Positions 19,762-30,835 of a DNA stretch of 64,000 nt are shown here, one piece after another. The translations under genes were made by a program, and so were the position numbers. How positions within the stretch are numbered: position 1 is the stretch's first letter; each line of letters begins with the position of its first letter. The stretch is from an uncultured delta proteobacterium (lineage in GTDB: Bacteria > Desulfobacterota > Binatia > UBA9968): contig CAVSLC010000016.1 of the NCBI GenBank assembly GCA_963728565.1, positions 1 to 64,000 on the forward strand, given 5' to 3'. The notes beneath the pieces were generated by a model. That model made no database searches. It had not been told where the DNA came from and was given only the letters and a program-made list of their open reading frames with translations.

Positions 19762-21368
19762 TCAGCCTACCGCGACTCGCTTCGGCCGGTTAGCCGGCGA
19801 CTTCTCGCCTTCGACGACCCCTTCGAGCAGCGCATCCGGGACATTAGTAAGTTCCGCGGCATTGTCTTTGAGCGTGCGGTGTTCGACAGCGCGTGACAAC
19901 ACCTCGTTCTTGGTCTGGCCCTTGCTTCTTGCCCGTGAACGGCTTGACGATTAGATAGATGACATCCCGCAGCGGCATATGGCGTAAAAAGCGGCGCAAC
20001 AGGCGAAACGTTTGCAGCGGATAATGCGTCACCTTGTATCGAAACAGCCGCCGCAAGCCGGCCGTCCGCTCGTCATTGATTACCGGTCCGGACAGGCAGG
20101 TGGGATCAATCTCGGAACACTTGAAATACTTGTACCAATCAGTGGCATCATCAACCAGGTCACGCGCCACGTACTCCTTCCAAAGCGGCGTGCCACGGTA
20201 AACGCACAAACGATTGAAACCAAAGGTGTCGAGCTTTAATCGCGACGCGAACTCGAAGGTAGCGCGCATATCTTCAACGGTTTCATCGGGACTGCCGACG
20301 ACGAAAAAACCATGCACAATCTCGATCCCTGCTTCTTTGGCATTATCGACCGCGCTTTCTACCTGCTCCAGCGTTTGATCTTTCTTTAGCCGATCCAAAA
20401 CTTTCTGGCTGCCGCTTTCAATGCCGAACATCAACGTACGGCAATTGGCTTTGGCCATTGCCGGGAACAGGTGTTGGGCGGTCGAATCGACACGTCCTTC
20501 GCAGCCCCATTGAATGTTTATTCCGGCATCGTTAATCCCTTTGCAGATCGCTTCAATCCGCTTCGGCTGCAGCAGGAAATGATCGTCGACGAAATACACG
20601 GCGCCATATCCGTTCTCTTGCAAGTGCTTGAACTCATCGATCACGTGTGGCGGGCTGCGCGAGCGCCACTTACCCTCGTTGAAAATCGGGATGTCGCAAA
20701 AAACGCAAGGCCAGGGGCAGCCCCGCGAGGTCTGCATCGTCGTGAAGCGCTCCATTGACAAGACTGCGGGCACATCGAGCGGCATCGATTCGACAAAGTC
20801 CAGCGGCAAACTATCTCGATCGGGATACGGCCACTGATCGAGATTGCGATCCAACGGCCGATTTGGATTGGAGACAACTTCGCCGTCCTTAGCCCACGTG
20901 AGGCCGGAAACCTGCGGAGGGATCGTCCAGACGTTCAAGCAGGTCGAGAATGAGCTGTTCGCCATCGCCACGGCAAATAAAGTCTACCTCGGGACACTGC
21001 ATCTTGACCAATTCCGCATTCAAGGTCGCGAAGACCCCGCCAAAGGCCAGCCGCACGCGTGAATCCGTGGCACGGATCTGACGCGCAAGAACTTTAGCAT
21101 AGGGGTAGCTGGTCGTGCTCAAAAAACTAAGGCCAATGAGATTCGGCTGCTGCCGGCGAATCTCTTCTATGATGACGGAGTTAGGCGTTTCCGGGTTCGC
21201 CTGATCGAACATGACGCATTCGTGTCCGGCGCGTTTGAGAACCGCAGAAAGCGACATGATGCCGATCGGCGGAAAACCCATGATTCTGATATTGCCGTTG
21301 GCCGCGCGGGTCGTGGCCGGCAGGGCATAGAACTGTGGGTCGCGAATGTGAATCAGAAATATGCGCAT
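19762..21368 (-). CDS. B12-binding-domain radical SAM protein, frameshifted near 20910 and 19925
   Basis: Cobalamin-binding N-terminus 'PPIGIMSLSAVLK', 'GGVFAT', 'RGDGE'; 'TSRGCPWPCVFC' (CxxxCxxC), 'FVDD', 'FGIESG'; corrected C-terminus ends '...KRVAVG*' at 19762. Confidence 0.88.
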
Positions 21369-21795
21369 TAAGTACTCATTTCGACAGGCCGTGACAGCCT
21401 AGGTTGGAACCACACTCGGGAGAGACGGTCGCAGGATTCTAACACTAGTTCATAACACCAGTGCGTGAAAGTAAGCCTGACTTAAAACCATAGCAAAGCA
21501 TGGCCGAGTTAACAACCCAATTCCGAACGAACAAGATTTCACCTTAGGATTCGGGTCACACGTTATGGTACACAGATGCGCCCCATTGGCTGATCAGATC
21601 GGGATGATGCTGTGTTGCTGCTGCACGAGCTTAATTTACTCCGGATGCCGCGCAATAGTATGTAGTATTGTTCGTCCCACAATTGGCAAGTCATCTCCAG
21701 CTGATTGTCCTATATTCGCCCCAGCCTTTGCGCACGCTCTCCGCCCTTTTCAGTTGGATTCTCGACGTTCAGCTTCTGAGCTAAGAAGCTGTCGA

Positions 21796-21810
21796 TGGCA
21801 CATGATTTGC
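21796..21810 (+). promoter_or_regulatory. Sigma-54 (-24/-12) promoter candidate
   Basis: TGGCACATGATTTGC, exact GG-N10-GC spacing, ~100 bp upstream of the SRPBCC gene. Confidence 0.65.
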
Positions 21811-21913
21811 GCCACCAGTACTTGTCCCCGAAACGTCACTTGCACCGACATTCCAGCTCTCGAGTTCGCGGACTACTGGACTGGCGTTGGCTGATTTGAT
21901 CTGGAGGAAAACC

Positions 21914-22972
21914 ATGGCTGATTCCGAGTTGCAAGAATCCGAACGCGAGCAAGCATCGCCGATCCTACCACGGCAAAGTGAATACGACGAGAATACAAGT
22001 TTTCAACGTAGCGGTTATGGCAATCTTTCTCGCATCACCACTAAGGGTAGCCAGGGCATATCGAGAGCGGAACGGGAGGAAAGACTTGCGCACGCGCTCG
22101 GATGGCTCAGCATCGGTCTTGGCCTCGCCGAGATCGCGGCTCCCCGAGGATTAGCAAAGCTAATCGGTGTCAACGACAACCGCACTTTGCTGCGTGTACT
22201 TGGACTGCGCGAGGTAGCCAGCGGTGTGGGCATTCTTAGCCGTAGGAGGCCAGTGGGCTGGCTTTGGTCGAGGGTCGGCGGCGACATCATGGATTTAGCG
22301 GTTCTGGCGATGGCCTTTACTTCGCCTAAGGCAAATCGCCGCAGAGTCGCGGCAACCGCCGCCGCAGTTACTGGCGTGACGGTTCTTGACCTACGAGCCA
22401 GCCAGAAACTTAGCAGTCGGCCTGAACTGCGGGACAGCGCGATTTCTGTACAGGTAAAGAAGAGCATTACCATCAATCGATCTCCCGAAGCGCTTTATCA
22501 ATTCTGGCATGAGTTACAGAATCTGCCGCTTTTCATGAATGATCTCGAGTCGGTGCAAATTACTGGGGAAAAGCGCTCGCACTGGGTTGCCAAAGGCCCG
22601 GCCGGCAAGCGTATCGAGTGGGACGCCGAAATCACCGAGGATCGGCCCAATGAACTCATCGCATGGCGTTCGTTAGAGGGTTCCCAGGTGGAGAATTCGG
22701 GATCGGTACGTTTTGAGCCGGCACGCGGGAAACCTGGCACGGTGGTTCGTGCGGAGATAGAGTACCGTCCGCCAGCCGGCTTACTCGGCGTCACAGTTGC
22801 CAAATTGCTAGGGGCGGAACCTAAACAGCAGTTGCATGATAACTTGCATCGGTTCAAGCAACTGATGGAGACCGGCGAGATCATTACTACCGAAGGCCAG
22901 CCGGCGGGGCGCTCACAAAGCACTTCCTGGAAATATGACCGAGCTGGACGCCGTCTCGCCGCTTCAATTTAG
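21914..22972 (+). CDS. SRPBCC/polyketide-cyclase family protein with membrane-associated N-terminus
   Basis: 'LGWLSIGLGLAE', 'SITINRSPE.LY.FW...NLP.FM', 'EWDAEITE', 'IAWRS', 'LHRFKQLMETGEI'; RBS GGAGG. Confidence 0.88.
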   Translation: MADSELQESEREQASPILPRQSEYDENTSFQRSGYGNLSRITTKGSQGISRAEREERLAHALGWLSIGLGLAEIAAPRGLAKLIGVNDNRTLLRVLGLREVASGVGILSRRRPVGWLWSRVGGDIMDLAVLAMAFTSPKANRRRVAATAAAVTGVTVLDLRASQKLSSRPELRDSAISVQVKKSITINRSPEALYQFWHELQNLPLFMNDLESVQITGEKRSHWVAKGPAGKRIEWDAEITEDRPNELIAWRSLEGSQVENSGSVRFEPARGKPGTVVRAEIEYRPPAGLLGVTVAKLLGAEPKQQLHDNLHRFKQLMETGEIITTEGQPAGRSQSTSWKYDRAGRRLAASI

Positions 22973-22993
22973 CCCATCTAAACAGGAGGATCG

Positions 22994-24172
22994 ATGAAAG
23001 CTAATTGCTGGTACAGCAAGCACGATGTGCGCGTTGAAGAAGTAAGCGACCCAAGGATCCTTAACCGCCGTGACGCCATCATAAAGATAACCTCAACGGC
23101 GATTTGCGGCTCCGACTTGCATCTGTACAACGGATTCATCCCGACCATGGAAAAGGGCGATATTATCGGCCACGAGTTCATGGGCGAAGTGCTGGAAGTC
23201 GGCAGCGAAGTCAAGAACCTGAGCACCGGCGATCGGGTGGTGGCTTCCTTTCCGATCTCCTGCGGAAACTGCTTTTTCTGTCAAAAACAAATGTTCTCTC
23301 TGTGCGATAACTCGAACCCAAATGCCTCTATCGCGCAAAAATTGTTCGGCCATTCCCCCGCCGGGATTTATGGCTACTCGCATATGCTTGGCGGCTTCGC
23401 TGGCGGGCAGGCGGAATACGCCCGGGTGCCATTCGCCGACGTCGGCACTATCAAGATTCCGGAAGGCTTGCCCGATGAAAAAGTTTTGTTTCTTTCCGAC
23501 ATTTTTCCCACCGGATACATGGCAGCGGAAAATTGCGATATTCAGCCAGGCGATACCGTTGCGGTATGGGGTTGCGGGCCGGTTGGTCAATTTGCCATAG
23601 CCAGTGCCAACCTGCTGGGCGCCGAGCGAGTCATAGGGATCGACCGGTTTCCGGAACGGCTCCAGATGGCTAGCGAAAAAGCCGGCGCTACCGAGACCAT
23701 CAACTACGAAGAAGATGACGTATCCGAGAGATTGATGGAATTAACCGGTGGCATCGGGCCCGATGCCTGCATCGATGCCGTAGGTTTGGAAGCTCATATG
23801 CCCGGGATTATCGGTGCGTATGATCGAGTCAAACAGGCAATGATGCTGGAAAGCGATCGTCCACACGTTCTGCGCCAAGCAATTATGGCGTGCCGTAAGG
23901 GCGGCACGGTATCGGTTCCCGGCGTCTACGGCGGGTTTGACGATAAGATCCCGCTTGGCGCGTTCGTGAATAAAGCGCTCACTCTAAAAACCGGGCAGAC
24001 ACACGTTCAGCGATATATGAAGCCATTGCTCGAACGGATCGAAAAAGGCGAGATCGATCCGAGTTTCGTGATAACTCATCGGATGTCACTCAACGATGCG
24101 CCTAGTGGCTACGAGATTTTCACTAACAAGCAGGATGATTGCATAAAAATCGTGCTGAAACCGGATTTGTAA
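22994..24172 (+). CDS. Zinc-dependent MDR dehydrogenase (formaldehyde-dehydrogenase-like)
   Basis: '[10 protein letters not shown]', 'GHEFMG', 'CGNCFFC...C', 'GGQAEY', 'LSDIFPTG', 'GCGPVG'. Confidence 0.93.
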   Translation: MKANCWYSKHDVRVEEVSDPRILNRRDAIIKITSTAICGSDLHLYNGFIPTMEKGDIIGHEFMGEVLEVGSEVKNLSTGDRVVASFPISCGNCFFCQKQMFSLCDNSNPNASIAQKLFGHSPAGIYGYSHMLGGFAGGQAEYARVPFADVGTIKIPEGLPDEKVLFLSDIFPTGYMAAENCDIQPGDTVAVWGCGPVGQFAIASANLLGAERVIGIDRFPERLQMASEKAGATETINYEEDDVSERLMELTGGIGPDACIDAVGLEAHMPGIIGAYDRVKQAMMLESDRPHVLRQAIMACRKGGTVSVPGVYGGFDDKIPLGAFVNKALTLKTGQTHVQRYMKPLLERIEKGEIDPSFVITHRMSLNDAPSGYEIFTNKQDDCIKIVLKPDL

Positions 24173-24200
24173 ACCGGGCCTTTTCGAAGCGAGTCAAGCA

Positions 24201-25103
24201 ATGGCAACTTCCGGACGATTAACCTTGACACCGGGCGGCGAGGCGGCCGACATCGTCAAGGGCTCGATCTTTTTCATCGGCAACGCCACCGTTCTGATTC
24301 GTTATGCGGGCTATACCATTCTGACCGACCCTACCTTCATCCACATGCATGAACAGGTTTCCATCGGTTATGGGCTGCACGCCACACGATTGACGAACCC
24401 GGCGATGGAGATCCATCAGCTGCCGCCCCTGGACTTGGTGGTTCTCTCCCATTTTCATGGCGATCACTTCGATCAGGTTGCCGAACGGGAGCTGGACAAA
24501 GCTCTGCCGATAGTGACCGCGAACGAAGCCGCCAAGGAGCTTCGAGAGCGCGGCTTCGCAAACGCCCATCCACTGGATACATGGTCTTCGATGACCATCG
24601 GCAAGGGTGAAATCAGTCTCCGGATTACGGCACTACCCGGCCGCCACGGGCCGCCGCTTTCACAGTTGGTGCTTCCCGAGGTCATGGGAAGCATGCTGGA
24701 ATTTGAGTCATCGCCTGACCAGGTTCTGTTCAGGATCTACATCAGCGGTGACACCCTGGTTATCGATGATCTACGGGAGATCCCGCGGCGCTATCCGGAT
24801 ATCGACCTGGGGCTGCTGCATTTGGGCGGCACGAGAGTGCTTGGCATTATGGTCACGATGGACGGAAAGCAAGGAGTTGATGCGATGCAGATCGTCGATC
24901 CCGCTCTTGCGATTCCGATTCACTATAACGACTACGATGTTTTTAAATCGCCGCTCTCAGACTTTCAGCGCGAAGTAGCCGAGGCGGGGCTTGAACATAG
25001 AGTTCATTATTTAAGTCATGGGCAGGAGTATACGTTCGAGGTTCCACTTGATGAAGGTAATCAAATGAGCTCCGCGACCCAAGCTCCTCAGGTTAAGTCA
25101 TAG
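24201..25103 (+). CDS. MBL-fold metallo-hydrolase
   Basis: 'ILTDP', 'LSHFHGDHFD', 'YISGDT', 'IPIHY'. Confidence 0.9.
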   Translation: MATSGRLTLTPGGEAADIVKGSIFFIGNATVLIRYAGYTILTDPTFIHMHEQVSIGYGLHATRLTNPAMEIHQLPPLDLVVLSHFHGDHFDQVAERELDKALPIVTANEAAKELRERGFANAHPLDTWSSMTIGKGEISLRITALPGRHGPPLSQLVLPEVMGSMLEFESSPDQVLFRIYISGDTLVIDDLREIPRRYPDIDLGLLHLGGTRVLGIMVTMDGKQGVDAMQIVDPALAIPIHYNDYDVFKSPLSDFQREVAEAGLEHRVHYLSHGQEYTFEVPLDEGNQMSSATQAPQVKS

Positions 25104-25203
25104 GCCCATACTGGTTACCGAGCGTTGAAAAACAGCTTACTTGGCGAAGTTAAGGCGAGCGCGATGCTAAACGTGGTGCCCCAAAGATTGCCGTATAGGC
25201 AAC

Positions 25204-25452
25204 TTACTGATTATTGGTGGGTATGATCCTCGGGTTAGTTGTCAGCCGGCCAAATAATTTGGGAATCCGCCCGGAATTATCGCCTTTGGTAGGACGCGAT
25301 CCATGCACTAGAGTCCAGTTTAGCTTATGGCTGCAGACAAGACACGAGCCATTGACCGCTTGCGTCATCGACTTACGTGACCGCTCTCCCAAGGTAACAC
25401 CTAGATAACCGTTGCAACGCGGGCAGATTCGAGCAATTTTTCGCGCCATCAA
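25204..25452 (-). CDS. Small hypothetical protein with a 4-Cys zinc-ribbon pattern
   Basis: 'CPRCNGY...CLVC'; AAAGGG upstream of the start. Confidence 0.45.
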   Translation of the reverse strand: MMARKIARICPRCNGYLGVTLGERSRKSMTQAVNGSCLVCSHKLNWTLVHGSRPTKGDNSGRIPKLFGRLTTNPRIIPTNNQ

Positions 25453-26017
25453 AACGACCCCTTTGAATCCTCAAAAAAGCTGGCGGTGTTTGTACCCCAT
25501 ATAGCAGCAAGCGTCAAGAAAAAGATCAGCACACAGCACAAGTCCGAGGGAAGCACCCACAGATCGACATTTACCCAGGGACGCCCTACAACAGGTGGGC
25601 ACCACTGAAATGCGAACAATCAATCAATCGGCTCAGCCGCCACGAGCTGGCTCAGCGAGCTTGAGCCGATTTCTGCTTGGGCGTTGGTTATCGCACAACC
25701 CAGCTTGAGCTGGGCGGTCAGCCGGTTAAAGCGCCGCTGTTCGAAGCTTGCATTTAAACTACTCTCCTGAATCCACGCGATCTGCCTGTAAACATGGTAA
25801 TCAGGGACTTCCCCTTTACCTGATGGTTTTCAACCCCGCTGAATAAAAATACCGCTTCTTCATTTCCGAGGTTCCATCCGTGAACCGTCAGTCCTACAGA
25901 AACGTTTCGTATCAGGTCCCCCGCGAGAATTCGCAGACGCTCGACGGGTCACTCACGTCCGGCCTTTACAAAGCCGCCATGCGTACTTAAATTAGACCCC
26001 CTTGGCCTGTAACACGA

Positions 26018-27071
26018 ATGGAAACTATGAAACCTGCATTGCATCTTGTCTCCAGCGAAAATTTCAACGCAAGCGAATCCGCAAGTCATCCGCGTATGGA
26101 TGATGCCGCTTTACTCGATGCCTACTCCGTAGCGGTCATTGAGGCAGCAGAAAAAATCAGCCCCTCCGTAGTCAATATAGAGATCCAACATAAGGCCGGT
26201 GATCCCGCGCGAAATCTTTCACGCGGGCTCGAATCCGCTGAGAGGGAGCGGATCGGGTTTTATCTTTACGCCGGATGGATTCATTCTCACCAATAGTCAC
26301 GTGATCCATCGTGCCGAACGCATCGATGTAGCGCTCTCGGACGGGCGGCGCTATCCGGCGCGTTTGATCGGTGATGATCCTGATACTGATTTGGCGGTGA
26401 TCCGAATTGATGCGCCGAATATTGCCGCTGCCCAACTCGGCGATTCCAACGGCTTACGAGTCGGCCAGCTTGCCGTCGCCGTGGGCAATCCTTACGGCTT
26501 TCAATGTACCGTCACAGCCGGGGTGGTGAGCGCGATGGGGCGATCGCTGCGCTCGAATTCAGGCCGTCTGATCGACAATGTGATCCAGACTGATGCCGCG
26601 CTCAATCCGGGAAATTCCGGCGGACCGCTGGTGAGTTCCCGGGGAGAAGTGATCGGCGTCAATACAGCGATCATTTTGCCGGCTCAAGGCATCTGCTTTG
26701 CCATCGCCGTCAACACCGCAAAATTCGTTGCTGCGCGTTTGATCCGCGATGGCCGGGTTCGGCGGAGTTTCTTGGGCGTCGCCGGCCAAAATGTCACTAT
26801 TCCTCGTTCGGTCGCGCGCCAGTTAAACATGGCGACAGCGAGCGGCGTGCTGGTTTTGTCGGCGGAGAAAGACAGCCCGGCACAAAAAGCAGGACTCTTG
26901 GAAGGAGACGTGATTATTACGATGGACGGCGAAGCAATCAAGGGCGTGGACGATTTGCACACGCACTTGACGGACGAAAAAATCGGCGTCGAAACCGCGC
27001 TGACGATCCTCCGGCGTTTCGCGAAAATCACGGTCCCGGTCGTTCCCGCAGAAATCCGACCGGTAGCTTAA
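26018..27071 (+). CDS. HtrA/DegP-like serine protease with one PDZ domain, frameshifted near 26200-26245
   Basis: 'SPSVVNI', 'GSGSGF', 'TNSHVI', 'DLAVI', 'IQTDAALNPGNSGGPL', C-terminal PDZ. Confidence 0.92.
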
Positions 27072-27106
27072 GTAACCTACACTTAGACTGCGTCCAGCAG
27101 AGACTA

Positions 27107-27164
27107 ACCGCCGAGGCTCAGACAGCGCAGAGACGAGAGTCGGCATTCTCCGCGCCTCGGCGGT
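27107..27164. repeat. REP-like palindrome between convergent genes
   Basis: ACCGCCGAGGC...CGCAGAG...CTCCGC-GCCTCGGCGGT; 11-bp perfect terminal inverted repeat. Confidence 0.6.
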
Positions 27165-27292
27165 AAATATTTTTGGTTGGCCAGTACATTAACTCATAGG
27201 CGTCATCGCCGAACACGGATGCGGGCGCGGGTCTGGAATCAGAAAACCTGCTTGCCGGGTTATAATTTGCACCTGCCTCTCGAATCAATTCA

Positions 27293-28066
27293 TCAGGCGA
27301 TAAGTTGACTGACCGCGGTATAGAGCAGTTGCAAGCTGAGAATCGTCAGAGTCGTCTTGAGGGCGATGCGAAAGAGCCGCTCCGGCAGGCGATTGAGTGC
27401 CAGCTTACCGGCATAGCTACCGACAAAACTGCACAGAACCAGCCCGACCAGCAGCGGGACATAAGGACCGAAGGCAAAACCAAGCAGCGCAAAGCTCACG
27501 ATCTTGAGACCATGCTGGATCGTCATCACCACAGAGTGTGTGCTGACGAACTGGTGACGCCCCTGGCATGCGGGAGCGACAAACGCTCCCACCAACACAC
27601 CGGTCCCGCCCACGAACATCGTCACGATGGTGGTGATCACGCCGACGATGAAAAATTTGATTCTGCCGGTGGAAGCACTTTGGAACTTCGGCGCCCAGGT
27701 CGAGACTAAAATGAAAACCGCGATAACGATCTGCAGCAAATACTTCGGCAGCGCGACGACAACTTGAGCTCCGAGAGCAGCGCCGATGATCGAGCCGATT
27801 AAAAACGGCGCCACAATCGACATCAAAGTTTGACGCCAGCTTAAAACAGCCCTGCTTAGGTTTGAAGCAAGCTGCACCACACCATGAATCGGCACCAACA
27901 CCGTCGGCGATAAGAGATTCGCCATGGTCGCAAGAACCAAGACACCGCCGCCAAGCCCTAGCGCGCCGGCAATCAGGCTTCCCAAAAAAGATACGCCGCA
28001 AAGAACTAGAAATCCGGCCGGCGAAAGATTAGTGCCCTGGGTGAAGAGTTCGAGTAGGTGATTCAC
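27293..28066 (-). CDS. TauE/SafE (TSUP) family transporter
   Basis: 'GALGLGGGVL', 'VPIHGVVQLASN', 'FVGGTG', 'GSYAGK...LPERLFR'. Confidence 0.88.
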   Translation of the reverse strand: MNHLLELFTQGTNLSPAGFLVLCGVSFLGSLIAGALGLGGGVLVLATMANLLSPTVLVPIHGVVQLASNLSRAVLSWRQTLMSIVAPFLIGSIIGAALGAQVVVALPKYLLQIVIAVFILVSTWAPKFQSASTGRIKFFIVGVITTIVTMFVGGTGVLVGAFVAPACQGRHQFVSTHSVVMTIQHGLKIVSFALLGFAFGPYVPLLVGLVLCSFVGSYAGKLALNRLPERLFRIALKTTLTILSLQLLYTAVSQLIA

Positions 28067-28272
28067 GATTTGTGGCGTATACCATCGAGGTCGCCAAAGC
28101 CTGCCGCAAGCATGACAATTATAAATATTGGACAGCGCATTTTATTATTAGGGAAGATTTCAATTTTTCGACTCGCTGTTGCTCGTCGGAAACTCTGTTG
28201 GAGTCGTCCTCACCGCCAGCAGACGACAGCGATGGTCGCCACTGCTGATATCGCGGCGGGTCACGTCGAGGA

Positions 28273-29535
28273 CTAAATAACCCCTGCGTCTTTAAGTTGC
28301 TTCAAGCGTTCTTTGGATAAGCCAAGCTCGCTACCGTAAATCTCTTCGTTATGGGCGCCCATCTTGGCGCCAAGAAAGTCTACTGAACCCGGTGTCGCAG
28401 AAAACTTGGGCACCACGTTCTGCACGACAGCTTCGCCGAGATCCGGGTCCGGCACGCGAACCATCGCCGCACGGGCGCGATATTGGAGGTCGCGGAAAGC
28501 ATCTTCCATGTCGAAGACTGCCGAGTAGGCCACCCCGAATTTATCGAAGTGCTCGATCACCTCGTCACGCGTGTGCTGTCCGATCCATGCGCCGACGATG
28601 CCGTTGCATTCGACCGAGTTTTCCACCCGTGCGGGATTGTCGATGAACTTGGGGTCGGTGATCAGATCCTTGCGCCCGATGGCATCGGCAAGCCGCTCCC
28701 AGACATTCTGCGTGCTCGCCGCCAGGGTCAGATATTTGCCGTCCTTGGTCTTGAACATCGAGCTGGGCGCAACGTAGGCGACCCGATTGCCGGTGCGCAT
28801 GTGTACCGTCTTCATCTGGTCGTACTGAATCGGATCGAAATCCAAGAAACGAAAGACCGCTTCGAAAAGTCCGAGATCGATCACCTGCCCTTCGCCACCG
28901 TGGAGATCACGATGATACAGCGCCATCATGATCGATAATGATCCGAAGATCCCGGCAATCAAATCGCCAAGCGGATAGCCGGGTGACATCGGCGGCCCAT
29001 CTGGCTCGCCAATCAAGTTGGTCAAGCCGCTCATGGCCTCGGCGACCCGGCCGAATCCGGCGCGATTTTTGTAGGGCCCGGTCTGGCCGAATCCGGAGAT
29101 GCGCAGCAGAATAATTCGCGGGTCGATGCCGCGGATGATATCCGGACCGATTCCCCACTTTTCGAAAGTCCCGGGCCGGTAATTTTCGACAATAACGTCC
29201 TTGCCTTTGATCAGTTGCTTGAAAATTTCCGCGCCTTCCGGCTTGCCGAGGTCCAGGGTGATACAGCGCTTATTGCGCGCCACCGCCTTCCACCACAGCG
29301 GAATGCCATTCATGATCGGTTCGAGCTTGCGCTGGCCGTCGCCGTATTTGGGATGCTCGATCTTAATGACATCGGCGCCAAAGTCGGCGAGCAAGACGGT
29401 CGCAAACGGCGCCGCAACCATGTTGCCCGCATCGATCACGCGCACGCCTTTTAGCGGCTTATTCTCGCTCTTCTGAGTCAGGGGAAAGTCGTAATGCTCT
29501 TTTACATAATCAGGCATTGTATTGGTATTCCTCAC
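28273..29535 (-). CDS. CaiB/BaiF family III CoA-transferase
   Basis: 'PLKGVRVID', 'ADFGADVIKIE', 'RNKRCITLDL', 'ENYRPG', 'SGFGQTGPY', 'LGDLIAG'; start 29535 or 29517. Confidence 0.93.
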   Translation of the reverse strand: MRNTNTMPDYVKEHYDFPLTQKSENKPLKGVRVIDAGNMVAAPFATVLLADFGADVIKIEHPKYGDGQRKLEPIMNGIPLWWKAVARNKRCITLDLGKPEGAEIFKQLIKGKDVIVENYRPGTFEKWGIGPDIIRGIDPRIILLRISGFGQTGPYKNRAGFGRVAEAMSGLTNLIGEPDGPPMSPGYPLGDLIAGIFGSLSIMMALYHRDLHGGEGQVIDLGLFEAVFRFLDFDPIQYDQMKTVHMRTGNRVAYVAPSSMFKTKDGKYLTLAASTQNVWERLADAIGRKDLITDPKFIDNPARVENSVECNGIVGAWIGQHTRDEVIEHFDKFGVAYSAVFDMEDAFRDLQYRARAAMVRVPDPDLGEAVVQNVVPKFSATPGSVDFLGAKMGAHNEEIYGSELGLSKERLKQLKDAGVI

Positions 29536-29737
29536 TCTCAGAATCGATCCCAGGATTTACCTCAGGTTAAACCGATCCGGCGAAATGCATTTAAGAACCG
29601 CTTTGCAAAGTAGCCGGCCGACGATGATGCTGGGCAGGACTCGATGCGCCGAAGTGACGTACTGTAGCGTATAACAGCCGGAAATAATCCGATCAAGAGA
29701 ACAGCAAACCGACACACTCTGGATTGTCTCTGCTCGC

Positions 29738-30832
29738 TTAATGATTACTTACAACAACACAGTGTTCGGGCCGGGCCAGTGCGAAAATCCTTTGGCCCTT
29801 GTCATAAAGCTTGGACGGCGAGCCGACGACCCGAAGCGTGAAAGGATGCGGAGCGAGATCGATGGTGTAGTCGGCGCTCTCGCCGAAGTATATTCTGCGC
29901 TGCACCACACCCGAGAACACATTATAGTCCTGGCGCGCAAGCGTCTCTGCTTCGGACTGAACGGCAGTCAGCACAATGTTGTGAGGACGCAAACAAACCG
30001 CGGCTTCTCCCGTCGTCGAGGCGAGATCCGGGTTGGGCATTACGCCAATTTCCAGCCGCTCGGCTATCTGCATTCGACCGCCACCATCCAGTCGGCCAGA
30101 GAGAATATTTGCTTTGCCGACGAATTCCGCCACAAAGCGGGTCTTGGGACGATCGAAGATTTCAGCCGGTCGCCCGACTTGGACTATCTGACCCCGATCG
30201 AGCACAGCGATGCGGTCCGACGTCGCCATTGCCTCGGCTTGATCGTGAGTCACGTAAACCGTCGTGATAGCAAATTCTTCGTGCAAGCGCCGGATTTCAA
30301 ATCGCATCTCTTCTCGCAGGTTTGCATCGAGATTGCTCAATGGCTCGTCCATTAGTAGGATTTGCGGCTCGACGACCAGCGCCCGTGCCAGCGCCACACG
30401 CTGTTGCTGTCCCCCGGAGAGCTCGGACGAATAGCGGTCTTTCAACTCGGACAAGTGCACGACGCCGAGCAATTTGGTGACTTTCGCGTCGATTTGCTGC
30501 TTGGTGAGTTTTTTGAACTTGAGTCCGTAGGCAACGTTTTGCGCCACCGTCATGTGCGGCCAGACGGCGTAGCTTTGAAAGATCATCGACATGTTGCGCC
30601 GCTCCGGCGGCACGAGATGGGATGGCGACGATATGACTCCACCGTCAACACAAATTTCCCCGGCATCGGGCTGCAGAAATCCGGCGATTAACCGAAGCGT
30701 CGTGGTTTTGCCGCAACCGGACGGACCGAGCAGTGAGACGAATTCGCCGTCCGCGATTTCCAAATGGAGATCGTCGACGGCGGCTGCGTCGGTAAATTTT
30801 TTAGTGAGTCCTCGTATTGAAACGATCGCCAT
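29738..30832 (-). CDS. ABC transporter ATP-binding protein (FbpC/PotA type)
   Basis: Walker A 'GPSGCGKT', 'LSGGQQQR', 'DEPLSNLD', TOBE-like C-terminus. Confidence 0.95.
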   Translation of the reverse strand: MAIVSIRGLTKKFTDAAAVDDLHLEIADGEFVSLLGPSGCGKTTTLRLIAGFLQPDAGEICVDGGVISSPSHLVPPERRNMSMIFQSYAVWPHMTVAQNVAYGLKFKKLTKQQIDAKVTKLLGVVHLSELKDRYSSELSGGQQQRVALARALVVEPQILLMDEPLSNLDANLREEMRFEIRRLHEEFAITTVYVTHDQAEAMATSDRIAVLDRGQIVQVGRPAEIFDRPKTRFVAEFVGKANILSGRLDGGGRMQIAERLEIGVMPNPDLASTTGEAAVCLRPHNIVLTAVQSEAETLARQDYNVFSGVVQRRIYFGESADYTIDLAPHPFTLRVVGSPSKLYDKGQRIFALARPEHCVVVSNH

Positions 30833-30835
30833 GAA

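Noticed and set aside
25620-25830. Minus-strand frame with 'RLTAQLKLGCAITNAQAEI' resembling an ABC permease fragment
   Set aside because: No start codon, and the similarity is too short to support.
29590-29730. Possible decayed copy of the 9.7-kb palindromic element
   Set aside because: Only a vague central GTAC resemblance; no matching terminal repeats.
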